36,270 nt of DNA from Octopus bimaculoides (GCF_001194135.2 NC_068981.1:7616531-7652800); one strand, 5' to 3'; shown: positions 1-10,631, numbered from the stretch's first letter. The notes: generated from the letters alone by a model not told the origin. Numbers and translations are program-made.

Positions 1-183
1 ATATATATATATATATATATATATATAAATGCCAGCAATGCCCGTCTAGGGAGTTGTTGGACCTGCGGTCAGCTTTACTTGGGTTTGCGGCCGCAGGTTC
101 CATGATCGCATGTCTGCGCATCAACAGATGCCGCATGACTAAGCCGCCACGCAGAGGGAGCTGACAACAGACTGACCACCTTA

Positions 184-750
184 TCATTGGAACGCCCCTG
201 CAACTAATTCATATTCTTCTAGAATGGAGCCGACCGTCTCCATTTCGGAGACTCCTGATACCATGACGCTGACGTCGTCCGTGTAGGCAGACACTACTCT
301 TCCGCGTCCCAGTTCGAAAGGGATGGCCCTCAATTGGTCCAACTTCCACAGCAGTGGCTCGAGAGCCAGCACGTACAGAAGAGATGACTGCATGCAGCCC
401 AGACGGACCGAGCATGCGATGCTAAACGGATCCGATAGAAGGTCATTTACTTTGTCCACCGAGCAGGTGCCGATGTGTATTGCAACGATACAGGCTCTGG
501 AAACGGGTCCGAAACCGATCGCTTTAAGGACGGCTTTCAGGAAGCGGTGGTCGACTCTATTGAGTACCTTTGATTGATCCAAACTGATCAGGGCCCCACC
601 GAAGCCAGCTTTAGTCAGTGCCCTCTCTAGGATGCATTGCATAAGGTGGAGGTTGACGTGGACAGACCTGTTAGGGATTGCGCCCGTTGGTGCTTCCTCA
701 ACGACTAGCACCAACCTTGTCGCTAATACCTTGGCCAAAATCTTAAGCTG
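184..750 (-). mobile_element. L1/Tx1-clade non-LTR retrotransposon, decayed reverse transcriptase fragment
   Basis: ORF 184..939 contains LKILAKVLATRL, ISLDQSKVLNRVDH, SVRLGCMQSSLLYVLALEPLL and SAYTDD. These are degenerate forms of the L1/Tx1 RT motifs LDQEKAFDRVDH, SVRQGCPLSPLLY and YADD. The ORF N-terminus is only trinucleotide repeat. Confidence 0.85.
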
Positions 751-905
751 TGTTGTTGTTGTTGTTGTTTCAGTTGTTTGTGGTGGTGGTGGTGGTGGCG
801 TCGGCGGCGACTGAAGCGATGGTGGTGGTGCTGCCGCAGTTCGCATTGCTGCTGCTGCTGCTGCAGTCGTCGTCGTCGTCGTCGTCGTCGTCATCATTAT
901 CGTTG
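751..905. repeat. Compound trinucleotide microsatellite (TGT)n-(TGG)n-(GCT)n-(GTC)n
   Basis: Read directly from the sequence. Confidence 0.95.
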
Positions 906-987
906 CTGCTGGTACTTTGGCACGTGGTACTGATGTCATAGCAACAAGAGGAGATTATATTTTTCTTTGGCCAGGAATTTATTTCAC

Positions 988-1059
988 CTTCAGCTGAGTT
1001 TCTGTTCGCAGTTACAACAGAACGCTGCTCTTGGTCAAATTTTATTTTCTTTTCCGAAT
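988..1059 (-). CDS. Candidate 72-nt internal exon (xDSEKKIKFDQEQRSVVTANRNSAEx)
   Basis: Minus strand: T12 tract then AAATGTCAG acceptor, and AAG|GTGAAA donor. Length is a multiple of 3 and only the phase-1 frame is stop-free. No homology recognised. Confidence 0.35.
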
Positions 1060-1320
1060 CTGACATTTAAAAAAAAAAAATTGGTAAAATGAATAGAATC
1101 CTGTCTTTACAGAAAAATGCAAAAATGGAAAAACAACTATTACACCCCCAAACCCCCCGAAAAAGGAGTTGAACTCAGAGAAAATGTTACCACCACGATC
1201 CAAACAATGCAAGCAAAATACTTGTCGAATAAAATTTTGAATAAGCAGGCTGCAACCAGCCGAAATGCTTGAGTAAATACTTACGAATGAGGTGGGGGGG
1301 GGTCCTACAGGCTGACAGCC

Positions 1321-1357
<37 letters not shown>

Positions 1358-1360
1358 GAA

Positions 1361-1395
<35 letters not shown>

Positions 1396-1537
1396 AGAAG
1401 AAGAAGAAGAAGAAGAAGACGAAGAAGAAGAAGACGAAGAAGAAGAAGAAGAAGAAGAAGAAGAAGAAGAAGAAGAAGAAGAAGAAGAAGAAGAAGAAGA
1501 AGAAGAAGAAGAAGAAGAAGAAGAAGAAGAAGAAGAA
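1321..1537. repeat. (ATA)11 followed by a long (GAA)n tract
   Basis: Read directly from the sequence. Confidence 0.97.
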
Positions 1538-4445
1538 ACAAGACAGGGTACGAAAAATCAGCTACTGGTTCAAATCTTCCCGAAATACAGGAGCTGGAAG
1601 TGCCCCACAACCGGGATATTCCAACAGTTGGCCATAACGCACATCATCAAATAACCAAAAGAAAAAGAACAAAAAAGTTCATTCGGCTTTCTATCATGCC
1701 ATTGAGTTCCCCACAAATAAATCTAATACTAAACGAACCTACTTAAACAGGAGACTGAAACACCTTGAAGTAAGACCCTACATAGACAGTAACAAACTTG
1801 CCAATGTCAGAAGAAACATTATGAAAAAGAAATTACTGAATTAGAGATTGACCAAATTAAACAAGCAGTAAGGGATAAAAAGAATGAAACTGCAGCTAAA
1901 GAAGATACTACAGAGGAAATAATTATAGAACAGCCCAAGTCTGATGAAAATACAGTAATGATTGAAAGAGTTAAGGTAACTGATAGGCAAAGTGAAATAC
2001 TCTCTGAACCAACCATAAACACTAAGGCAGATTGAAATCAAATAGATGAAGAAAGTCACACAGAAATTAACCCAACAGAACTAGATGATCTAAAATATCA
2101 AATCATGATTGAATGACTGAAAATTAAAGAAACCAGTATGAATGAACGCTACACTCTCCCCAAAATTCGCAATTCTAACCAAAACCTGAAAATAATTGGT
2201 AAAATCCGCCTTGCACTTAAGGATATAATTTCAGCTAATGATGTTGATATTACAGATCTCAACCACCTGTACTATGCATCTGCGATGATCTCAACGATGC
2301 TATGTGGTGAAAGGATTAGAAATCGACATGTCCACAAAATGCCTGCTTAGCAAGAGCGTATTCAGCACCAAATTCAGTTACTTAGGCCTGACATAGAATA
2401 TTTGAAAAACCTTAAGTTTGACAAGACTATCAAACCCGAAAATTAATGAAGGAATATAATATGAAAACCATATTTGACATCAATACCACCATAGAGATCA
2501 TCAAGAAAAAGGTGTGTGCTAAAGCTGCCCGCATAGCATGGTATGAAAAGTGCGTTAGATTCTTCAAGGACAACAACATGTTAAAAAATAACCCAAAACA
2601 TTTTTACAGAAAGATAGGAAAAATACCAGTTACAGTAAAGTTTATTCCATCAAAAGAAGAAGTACAGGAATTTGGGAATAAAATTTGGGCAGAAGAAAAA
2701 ACACACAGTGAAAAGGCCTCTTGGATTAATTGAATATCTACTGATTTAGACTCCTTAGAAGAGCAAAAGTGAGAGGGTATCAAGGTAGAGGATGTAAAAT
2801 CTGCTCTCAGGAGGTCAAGCAAATGGAAGTCTCCAGGAAAGGATAAAATTCCTAACTTCTGGTAGAATGTCTTCTCAGAGAGCCATGAACTGCTAACAAA
2901 ACCTTACAACAATGTTTTGCAACAACCTAGTTAATGGTGTCACGTTCCTACTTCCCAAAAATGAAGAAACAAATGAACCAAAAAATGATCGACCCATAAC
3001 CTGCTTAACAACAATGTATAAAATGCTAACATCTGTCTTGACTGAATATGCCTATAGATTTTTAATAGAAATTAGCATATTCCCTAATGAGCAAAAAGGA
3101 TGTAAACGTGGGTCCTATGGTTGTAATGATCAGCTACTCATCAATAAGAGGATCTTGGAAGATTTTCAGAAACGATGCAAAAACTTGTCGATAGCCTGGG
3201 TAGACTATAAAAAACTTTTGATAGTCCAACACATTGCTGGATTAAGAAATGTCTGGAAATGTATAAAATAGCACCTTCTCTTCAAAACTTCTTGTATGTA
3301 AATATGAGAACATGGAGAACCACACTGACTCTCTTAATGCTGGAGATGTAAGAATTTCATGTGGCATTATCCAGGGTGACTCTCTATCACCACTCCTCTT
3401 TTGTTTATCCTTAATACCTCTCTCGAAATTGCTCGATGATGTACAATACCGCTATAACATGTTTGATAAAAATATAAATCATCTCATTTACATGGATGAT
3501 TTAAAGCTATTTGCAAAAAATGACCAACAACTCAAGGGTTTACTAGCGATTGTTAAACAATTCAGTGATGACATCAGTGATAACGATTGTTAAACAAGTC
3601 AGGAGAAATGTGCAAAAGCTACCTTTATCAAAGGAAAAATGACAGAAACATCCAATGTTAATCCTGACCAGCAGAATGTCATAAAGGAATTGGAACCAGC
3701 GGTATTTGAAGGGGACGGAATCAAACATTCAGTGATGAGAGTAAGGATCAGAAGAGAATGTTATCGCAGAGTGAGAGCAATACTCAAGACAGAGCTGAAT
3801 GCAAGAAACAGGATCGAAGCGATCAATACTTTAGCCATACAAGTCGTGACTTACAGTTTCAATATAGTTAACTGGTCAATTACTGAAATATGTCATCTTG
3901 ACAGAAAAATATGAAAATTGTTGACAATGCATAGAAGGCAGATATAGAACAACTTTATTTGCCAAGAAAAGAGGGAGGCCGTGGACATTTACAACTGGAA
4001 TTAACAATGAAGATTGTCACAATTGGCCTAGACACCTACCTGAAATACTCTGATGGCTGAATGTTAAGACTTGTCCCAAAATATGAAAACAAGTAAATTT
4101 CATACTCACTAACAAAACAGGCAAAGGAATATCTAAGTGAATTTCAAATACAAATTCCAGAATTAGACGTACTAGAAACAGGTACAAAACAAAGTTAAGC
4201 GTATGAAAACCTGTGCTAAAGCTGCTGCCTTACATATTCTTACTGATAAATGGCAAGAAAACCTCTCAATGGCAAATATCCAAAGAGAGCTAATATTGCC
4301 GATGTTGACAAAACATTTACCCATCAATGGTTAGTGGCTTCTGGCTTAAAATCAGAAACAGAAGGGTTTATCATAGCAGCCCAAGATCAATGCTTACCTA
4401 CAAGAAACTACCAGGCCAACATATTTAAAGACCGGCAGCTTCCCA
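1538..4445 (+). mobile_element. R4/Dong-clade non-LTR retrotransposon, degraded, 5' region present and 3' end missing
   Basis: ORF pieces include IDSNKLANVRRNI (N-terminal domain), NDRPITCLTTMYK, KGCKRGSYGCNDQLLINK, AWVDYKK, GIIQGDSLSPLLFCLSLIPLS, YMDDLKLFAK and LKSETEGFIIAAQDQCLPTRNY. Many stops and frameshifts. Homology stops before the CCHC finger. Confidence 0.9.
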
Positions 4446-4492
4446 ACATGCAGTCAGATTTTGTCTATGATGTCACGTTCTTTTCTCTACAG

Positions 4493-4529
4493 CCTACTCT
4501 CTGAATATGCACAATTGTATTGTTTGCCC
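4493..4529 (+). CDS. Candidate 37-nt micro-exon
   Basis: GTTCTTTTCTCTACAG acceptor and CCC|GTAAGA donor. Two frames are open (LLSEYAQLYCLP or YSLNMHNCIVCP). No partner exon established. Confidence 0.3.
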
Positions 4530-4588
4530 GTAAGAGTATCTATCAGCAAACGTTTCGTTTCTTTTTTTCTTTTTCTATAAATTTCATT

Positions 4589-4628
<40 letters not shown>

Positions 4629-4890
4629 GTAAGTTTCCAAATTTGGTCGATAGGGATATACAATCCTAGCGGGTATTGTATTCGCTTTTACCGGTTAATA
4701 ATGCTAGTTAACCTCAGTGAGTGTAGAAGAATTGCAGTATGTTTATTTTACAATTCTCAGTAGATTTTCACATCGGTAAATCCGTATGTCTCTATAGAGA
4801 CTGCATGTTGTCGGTTGAGAAGAAATAATAAACGAATAATTAAGGAGAACAGTGATTTATTTATTCAGTTTTATTCTGGAATTAATAACG

Positions 4891-5032
4891 TCTTTCCATT
4901 TCTGTACCGAATCATGTTTCTGCTTCTGAAAAAGCGGCATCAGAAATTAGCACCAAAATGAACGCCAAAATGCAATACTTTCCAGTGTGCACTGAGCGGC
5001 AGCAGAAACATGTTGGTACAGAAATGGAAAGA
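4891..5032. repeat. Inverted repeat, about 33-bp arms with a 76-nt spacer
   Basis: The left arm TCTTTCCATTTCTGTACC-GAAT-CATGTTTCTGCT (4891-4924) matches the reverse complement of 5001-5032 (TCTTTCCATTTCTGTACC-AA-CATGTTTCTGCT). Confidence 0.9.
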
Positions 5033-5614
5033 ATAAAGCTGGATATAGAAATCTCTGTTCTCCTTAGTGATCAATTTATACATACATACATACATAATAC
5101 ATACATACATACATACATACATNNNNNNNNNNNNNNNNNNNNNNNNNNNNNNNNNNNNNNNNNNNNNNNNNNNNNNNNNNNNNNNNNNNNNNNNNNNNNN
5201 NNNNNNNNNNNNNNNNNNNNNNTGTGTGTGTGTGTGCGTGTACCACATCCATATATGTACGTGTGTATGTGTGTATCGACGATATTGTTCTAAGATATTT
5301 CTAGTTTACATTGCGAGCCCAGACTTGGGCACCAGTTATCAAAACGTGATTTTTTTTTTTTTAAACGTGTAAAAATCTCTCACCTTTGTTTTCTTCTTAA
5401 CATCGATTGAAAATATGATAAATATTCGCTAGATTAGTCACATTAGATTATTTTAGTAGAAAATTTCCAATAGAGTTCAATATATGATTTTGGATATTTT
5501 GCTTCCAGTGCTTGATAAACGTGTATTGCTTAGAAAATAATAGAAGCACAAGTCTCAATGTAATCCGTTTAATCGAGCTCTGGATAATTTGGGAGAACAA
5601 TTTATTACAAATAT

Positions 5615-6547
5615 CTAATCACAAAACAATACATTATAGATAATTAAACCCAGGACCAATATTTCTATGAAACAAAACAAAACCCATTTGATTATCTTTT
5701 GGGAGAAACTAGAATCGTTTTTGGTGAGCAGAGAAGACGTACTACGTTTTCTTAGATGGCACTGACATACAGTTTCCGATTTGGAATTGTGTTGTAAATC
5801 CCAGTTTGAACAAGAAAAATGTCGTAAATTTCGTAAAGAATATATATAGGCTCGACGTAAAGATTTAGAGTTACCGGATGACAGTACCGATTCTTTACTA
5901 CTGCAACAAATGTTATAGCCGTAGTTCTTTAGAAGAATTTCTAAATTTCTTCCAGTAGGATAAATGCAAATGTAGAACCTACTTCTATTTGAACGTATTA
6001 CATCGTCATATCCAGAGAAATGAAATGACGGCGAAATGATTTGACGGAATGATTGTTCAGCTTTATTGCCACGGTTAGCATATTGGTAATTCTTTGATTC
6101 CACATTCCATGTTGCCATTGCAGGTTTGCATGAATATTGCTTTGCCTCTAGATTTTCACCAACGCTGCAGTTTGCCAGTATCTTTCGACTGATATCACTA
6201 GAATGTCCCAAAGCATTACTTCCACGTTCCTGCACCGAATTACTTTGATCGTCATTCTTGAATAATTTTAAAAGACTGCGTGCTGAAGAATTAACAGATG
6301 AACAATGTCTTTTGATGAAAGCCAAAATCTGATTGATATCTGTTGTATTCAGTGCAAGTGATTTCTTGGAAATACTTGACTTTTCCTGGTGTTCATGAGA
6401 AATTGCACTAAGCTTATATTTTGAAGGGAAAAAGATTTCTGCTTCGCAGTCATCTAACAAGGGCTGTAAAAGGAAACACGTTAGAATTATGGCTAGTTTC
6501 ATTTTCTTGTCATCCTTAATTGCGGCCAAGAAGATCGATCTCATCAT
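5615..6547 (-). CDS. Uncharacterised 310-aa Cys-rich glycoprotein with signal peptide and C-terminal membrane anchor
   Basis: 933-nt stop-free ORF in non-repetitive AT-rich DNA. Signal-peptide-like MKLAIILTCFLLQPLLDDCEA from the ATG at 6502. Five N-X-S/T sequons, nine ectodomain Cys, an RKR site, and hydrophobic IIKWVLFCFIEILVLGLIIYNVLFC. AATAAA (minus, 5601-5606) lies just after the stop. Possible TTTTAG acceptor just upstream of the first ATG. Confidence 0.8.
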   Translation of the reverse strand: MMRSIFLAAIKDDKKMKLAIILTCFLLQPLLDDCEAEIFFPSKYKLSAISHEHQEKSSISKKSLALNTTDINQILAFIKRHCSSVNSSARSLLKLFKNDDQSNSVQERGSNALGHSSDISRKILANCSVGENLEAKQYSCKPAMATWNVESKNYQYANRGNKAEQSFRQIISPSFHFSGYDDVIRSNRSRFYICIYPTGRNLEILLKNYGYNICCSSKESVLSSGNSKSLRRAYIYSLRNLRHFSCSNWDLQHNSKSETVCQCHLRKRSTSSLLTKNDSSFSQKIIKWVLFCFIEILVLGLIIYNVLFCD

Positions 6548-7540
6548 AACTAAAATCTTATTTCAGCTAAGAGAAGACTGTATGAATTAATCCCTTTTAA
6601 ACAATTGACTGTCGTCTTCTAAAGTTTTCGTGTACTTCCTTAAATGACACCGTTTAATATTCAAAATTCCTTTTGAATTCTTCCGGTCCAATAAAACATT
6701 TGTGATATTTATCGGTTGTGAAGTCGAAAGTTCTTTAATGTTTGTAATAATCTTCAATTAAAGCAGCTTCCTCACAACCTATATAATACATTGAAACATT
6801 GCACTGTATTATGAAAGCTACGAAATGGAGATTTAAATCAGAAATCGCAAGACAGGAAACGCTTTGTACAGGACGCTAAGATATTATAAACTTTCCCTCG
6901 TTTTATTATTTTTTTTTTCATTAAGACCGAAACAAAGTAAAACATTTCAACACGTCATCATATTGACAAAAAAATTAGGTTTGTGGAGTTAAAACTTAAC
7001 AAACTAAGATCAATGCAGCTAAATTAGTTTTAGATTATTCAAATATATTTCGTTAAATATAAAATACTGTGCAATCTATATTTGCGTTTAAAAATATAAA
7101 TTGATTGGATTTAAAACAGGTATGATTAACAACTAAGGTTAAGTCTTAGACAATCCAATTCGTGGGAATTATCACTAATCTCTTTTATTGATCTTTGGGG
7201 GTTTTGTGCCGCAATAATTTCCACTTTATTTGCAGCTTGGTTGATGGGTGGTAAATGACTATACACAACATGTTTTAAAGCACTCCATTATGTGGATGTT
7301 TTGTATCTTAGAGTAACTATTAATAATGTATTAAGGTCTATTTATTTTGCTGCCAATTTCAGTAACTGGGATGGAGTAATAACGGTGACAGGGGACAAAC
7401 CAGCAACCATTACGATAATTTGCTTCTGTTACAACCACTCATAACTTTGCTGTCATCCTTCGATTTAGCCAACACTTCATTTCCTGGGACGAGTCACTGT
7501 TGACGGTGGTGTTGTTGCTATTATTTAGCAACAGGTATCA

Positions 7541-7696
7541 GGGCAGTGAACTGGCAGATTGAATAGCGCGCCGGGAAAAATGTTTAGCAGCATCTCGACC
7601 GTCGGTACCTTTTGAGTTCAAATTTCACCAGGGTCGCTGAAATAAGTACCAGTTGAACACTGGGGTCGATGTAATCGAATAATCCCCTCTCCCAAA
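7541..7696 (+). mobile_element. tRNA-derived SINE, family A, internally deleted copy
   Basis: GGCAGTGAACTGGCAG head, GAGTTCAAATT B-box-like motif, and AAATAAGTACCAG...CTGGGGTCGATGTAATCGA body shared with the copies at 10632-11062. Confidence 0.75.
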
Positions 7697-7742
7697 CTAA
7701 TCAGTACAAAGGATTATTTAGCACCAGATTAGCTACAGTCGA

Positions 7743-7812
7743 ATAGAGAAAAGGAGAGAGAGAGGGGGAGAGAGAGAGGGAGAGAGAGAGAGAGAGAGAG
7801 AGNNNNNNNNNN

Positions 7813-7853
<41 letters not shown>
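7743..7853. repeat. (GA)n microsatellite with a 10-N gap
   Basis: Read directly from the sequence. Confidence 0.95.
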
Positions 7854-7858
<5 letters not shown>

Positions 7859-8027
7859 TATAAAGATGTTCCAGTTGTGACCATCCTGGACTATCTTGTT
7901 CAACATATTCTTTCTGAGTTTAGATGTTGGGATATGACATGATGGAACTTGGCTGTTATTTCTAGCAAGTCAAGCCTCCAGGTAGAAGTGCTTCTATTGC
8001 GAGAAGGTGAGCAACCACAATAACAAC

Positions 8028-8115
8028 AAGGATTTCTGGTATGAGCACAAGTCTAGCAATTTTGAATGAGGTGGGGGGTGAGGTTCATCGTTGTCATCGA
8101 CCGCTGTACTTTCCG
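8028..8115 (-). mobile_element. Degraded 3' fragment of SINE family A
   Basis: GCACAAG...AATTTTG...CATCGACC resembles the reverse complement of the AAAATTTCAGGCCTTGTGC tail at 10770-10790. Confidence 0.4.
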
Positions 8116-8119
8116 TCTG

Positions 8120-9460
8120 TCATCAACAATTTCAATTTTGTCCACCACAGGACTTTCTTACCATGGCCGGCTGGCAGCTAAAATCTGTCTGCCCTTTCCA
8201 GCAAAAAAGAAGGCGCTGGGTAGAACTTCATAATGGACTCGCCCGATAGACAGATCCGCCCTTTGCAAGTCAGAAATATTCGGATGTTAGAAGAGTGAGT
8301 GCGGAACAGTTTCGTCTCACTGGGCGAATATCGAACATACCCGCTGATGGCACTTCAGTCTCTGCAGAGTTTATCTCGAACAGGCAATACACTTTGGTTG
8401 CACTCCCAGGCCAGGGTCCTCTGGAAATTATTAATGGGTTCTGGATGGAAAGTCTACAGAAAGAGACTACCCTATTGATTTTCGTTGATATCCAGTGTTC
8501 CTTCGTGAATGTCATCGCTTTTGTTTGTACCTGTAAAACCCCAGCATGAGACATCCACCAATCGCATAGGTCATGGAACAGAAGGCTGTGAGTACTTGAT
8601 GACACTTTTAGTGCCAGGCAAGCACTTTGCCTCGGTTTTTGTCTGACCAAGACTTGAAGTTATATGAAGGAAACAAGCTAGGATAAAACGCATCAGACAA
8701 ACGGCGACGAATCCAGTTCCCCGTCAAGAATTTCCTGGAGGTTTCGCAGCCTCAGTGTATGGCCGCGGGTCATCATCCACAGCACGCCTAGATCTTCATG
8801 TAGAGGATGTTGAGAGCCTCACCAGTGTCCCTACCATAAAATGAGGAAGAGCACAGGCATCAGTCTAGCGAAATGTGAACTAGGACTAGGTACGATTATC
8901 AAGTGGTAATTGATAATGAAGGTGATGTAGGATCGCCACCACAGCCCGAGCATTCAGGATTTGCTTCGTTTGAGCCCCATTTCTGAGTGACATTAACTAC
9001 TCGACTTATCCCCATGCAAATCTTCTCCAACTGGGCTTCTGGACCAAAGCAGACCCTTAGCAATTTAACCGATCCATCCAGCTCCTCACAAGGCTATCTA
9101 GCCGCAAGCCCATCGAGATCTTTTTTTAAATTTTGGTTCCCATCAGCGACACGCAGTTTCTCAGGGCGGTACAGATCCCTTTCGGTGTTCTTGCTGTCCG
9201 ACGCTTTTACAGTAACATTATTGGAAATACGGATACAGCTATTTTGCATCCAAGTTTTCACAACAGTATATCAAGAGTTAGTAAATACAGAGGAGACGAG
9301 AGGAGACAATCCTGGCAAACTGAACGATTAATACTGAATGGCTCCTATCGGTGACCATTCACCTTAATCTCCCGTCAGATGTCGTTGTACTTTACGGCGA
9401 TCCATCCACTAATGACGGGATCAGTTGAGAAAATTTCGCCCGATCTTCATTCTAATGCTT
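8120..9460 (-). mobile_element. L1/Tx1-clade ORF2 fragment (RT second half to C-terminal domain), heavily decayed
   Basis: Manual minus-strand translation across frameshifts gives PVISGWIAVKYNDI*REIKVNGHR*EPFSINRSV, MGTKI*KKISMGLRL, DGSVKLLRVCFGPEAQLEK, LAWECNQSVLPVRDKLCRD, GRICLSGESIMK and KKVLWWTKLK. Confidence 0.75.
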
Positions 9461-9685
9461 TTAACAGATGTCTCCACAGTAATTCGAAAACTGTTGCCAT
9501 TCTTTTCAAAGTACAAATATCATTTTTCTCTTTGTTTTGGATTACGCCCTGGGGTAAAGCAATCCCTGTTTTTACACAATTCTCCCTGTTAATTGTTTCG
9601 TTATAGAAACATTTTCTGAGTCTGAAAATTTTGTCTGTGTGGTGTGACGATGGAAGTAATATGCATTGTAGAACATATATGTGTT

Positions 9686-9759
9686 TTTGTTGTTGTTGTT
9701 GTTGTTGTTACTGTTACCATTCAGAAGAATTAGGTAAAACTCAAAGAAAACACACACGC

Positions 9760-9799
<40 letters not shown>

Positions 9800-9847
9800 C
9801 AGGGGCATGTTGTCTTATGCTGATACAATGAGAAACANNNNNNNNNN

Positions 9848-9890
<43 letters not shown>

Positions 9891-9939
9891 AACACACAGT
9901 TCAGGGGCATGTTGTCTTATGCTGATACAATGAGAAACA
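9686..9939. repeat. (TGT)n and (CA)n tracts with a 43-nt unique segment duplicated across a 10-N gap (probable assembly duplication)
   Basis: CAGTTCAGGGGCATGTTGTCTTATGCTGATACAATGAGAAACA occurs at 9795-9837 and again at 9897-9939, on either side of the gap. Confidence 0.85.
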
Positions 9940-10631
9940 AACCTAAATGAAAAATACAAGATCCATCCCGGTCTGATTTTAATCATTTGAATGTCAATCG
10001 CCAGACAAATACGTTTGTGTTGCGTTGTTACATTTTCGGCGAACTTGCCAACCTCTCACGCTGGCCAACATAAGAACTTTAACAGTAAGGCACTATACAA
10101 AATACATGGTCTAACATTGAAGTCTGGTTCTTATTTTTAAAAATCCCACATTTTTGTCATGTCACTATTTCGTAAAGAAAATCCTAAGTCTAAAATAATC
10201 CTCCTTAATCGCTCGCATTAAGATGGCATTACATATCTAATACAGCGTTTAAAACATTTCAGCGTAAACTAATATAACATTGACTTCTTAGAGATTTACA
10301 AGTCCGACATATTAAACGAGTCAATAAGTTCCATTGCGAAAGAGTAACGACTAACGTTTCAAACAATGTTTTTCCTAATCTTTAATCTTCTCAGCTAAAA
10401 AAGAAGTCAAATGTATAAACATCAAACATACGGTTTTCTGAACAAAATCCATCCATGGCCAATTGTGTTTCTAAACCAATATAGGAAGCTAATACTTCTT
10501 TTTTGTTTTAATTACTAAAAACCGTGTCCACAGTTTTAGTTTCACCGGAACGGTAGGTTTTTTTTTTGTTTTTTAATCTAATCTACGGTTATGTTGTTCT
10601 TAAATAGCCAGATATTGGCTGTGGACGAATA

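Noticed and set aside
1269-1637. Poly-Lys, poly-Leu and poly-Glu ORFs here and at 11441-11841
   Set aside because: Translations of (GAA)n and (CTT)n microsatellites, which lack stops in several frames.
1941-1975. CTGATGA...GAAA resembling a hammerhead core
   Set aside because: Inside the Dong coding region, with no credible stem II, palindromic helix III or stem I. Treated as chance.
4560-4635. CAG|GTAAGT as a recursive splice site
   Set aside because: The pyrimidine tract is separated from the AG by about 50 nt of AT repeat, and there is no transcript evidence.
5750-5910. TGF-beta or cystine-knot assignment for the CC...CxC pattern of the orphan ORF
   Set aside because: There is no CxGxC motif, the CC to CxC spacing is too long with an extra Cys, and a membrane helix follows.
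8270-8650. ORFs 8270-8650, 8295-8549 and 8987-9331 as host genes
   Set aside because: They are off-frame or antisense readings of the decayed Tx1 copy.
9795-9939. 43-nt direct repeat with a spacer (CRISPR-like or tandem element)
   Set aside because: Only two identical copies flanking a 10-N gap in a (CA)n tract. Typical scaffold-join duplication in a eukaryotic draft.
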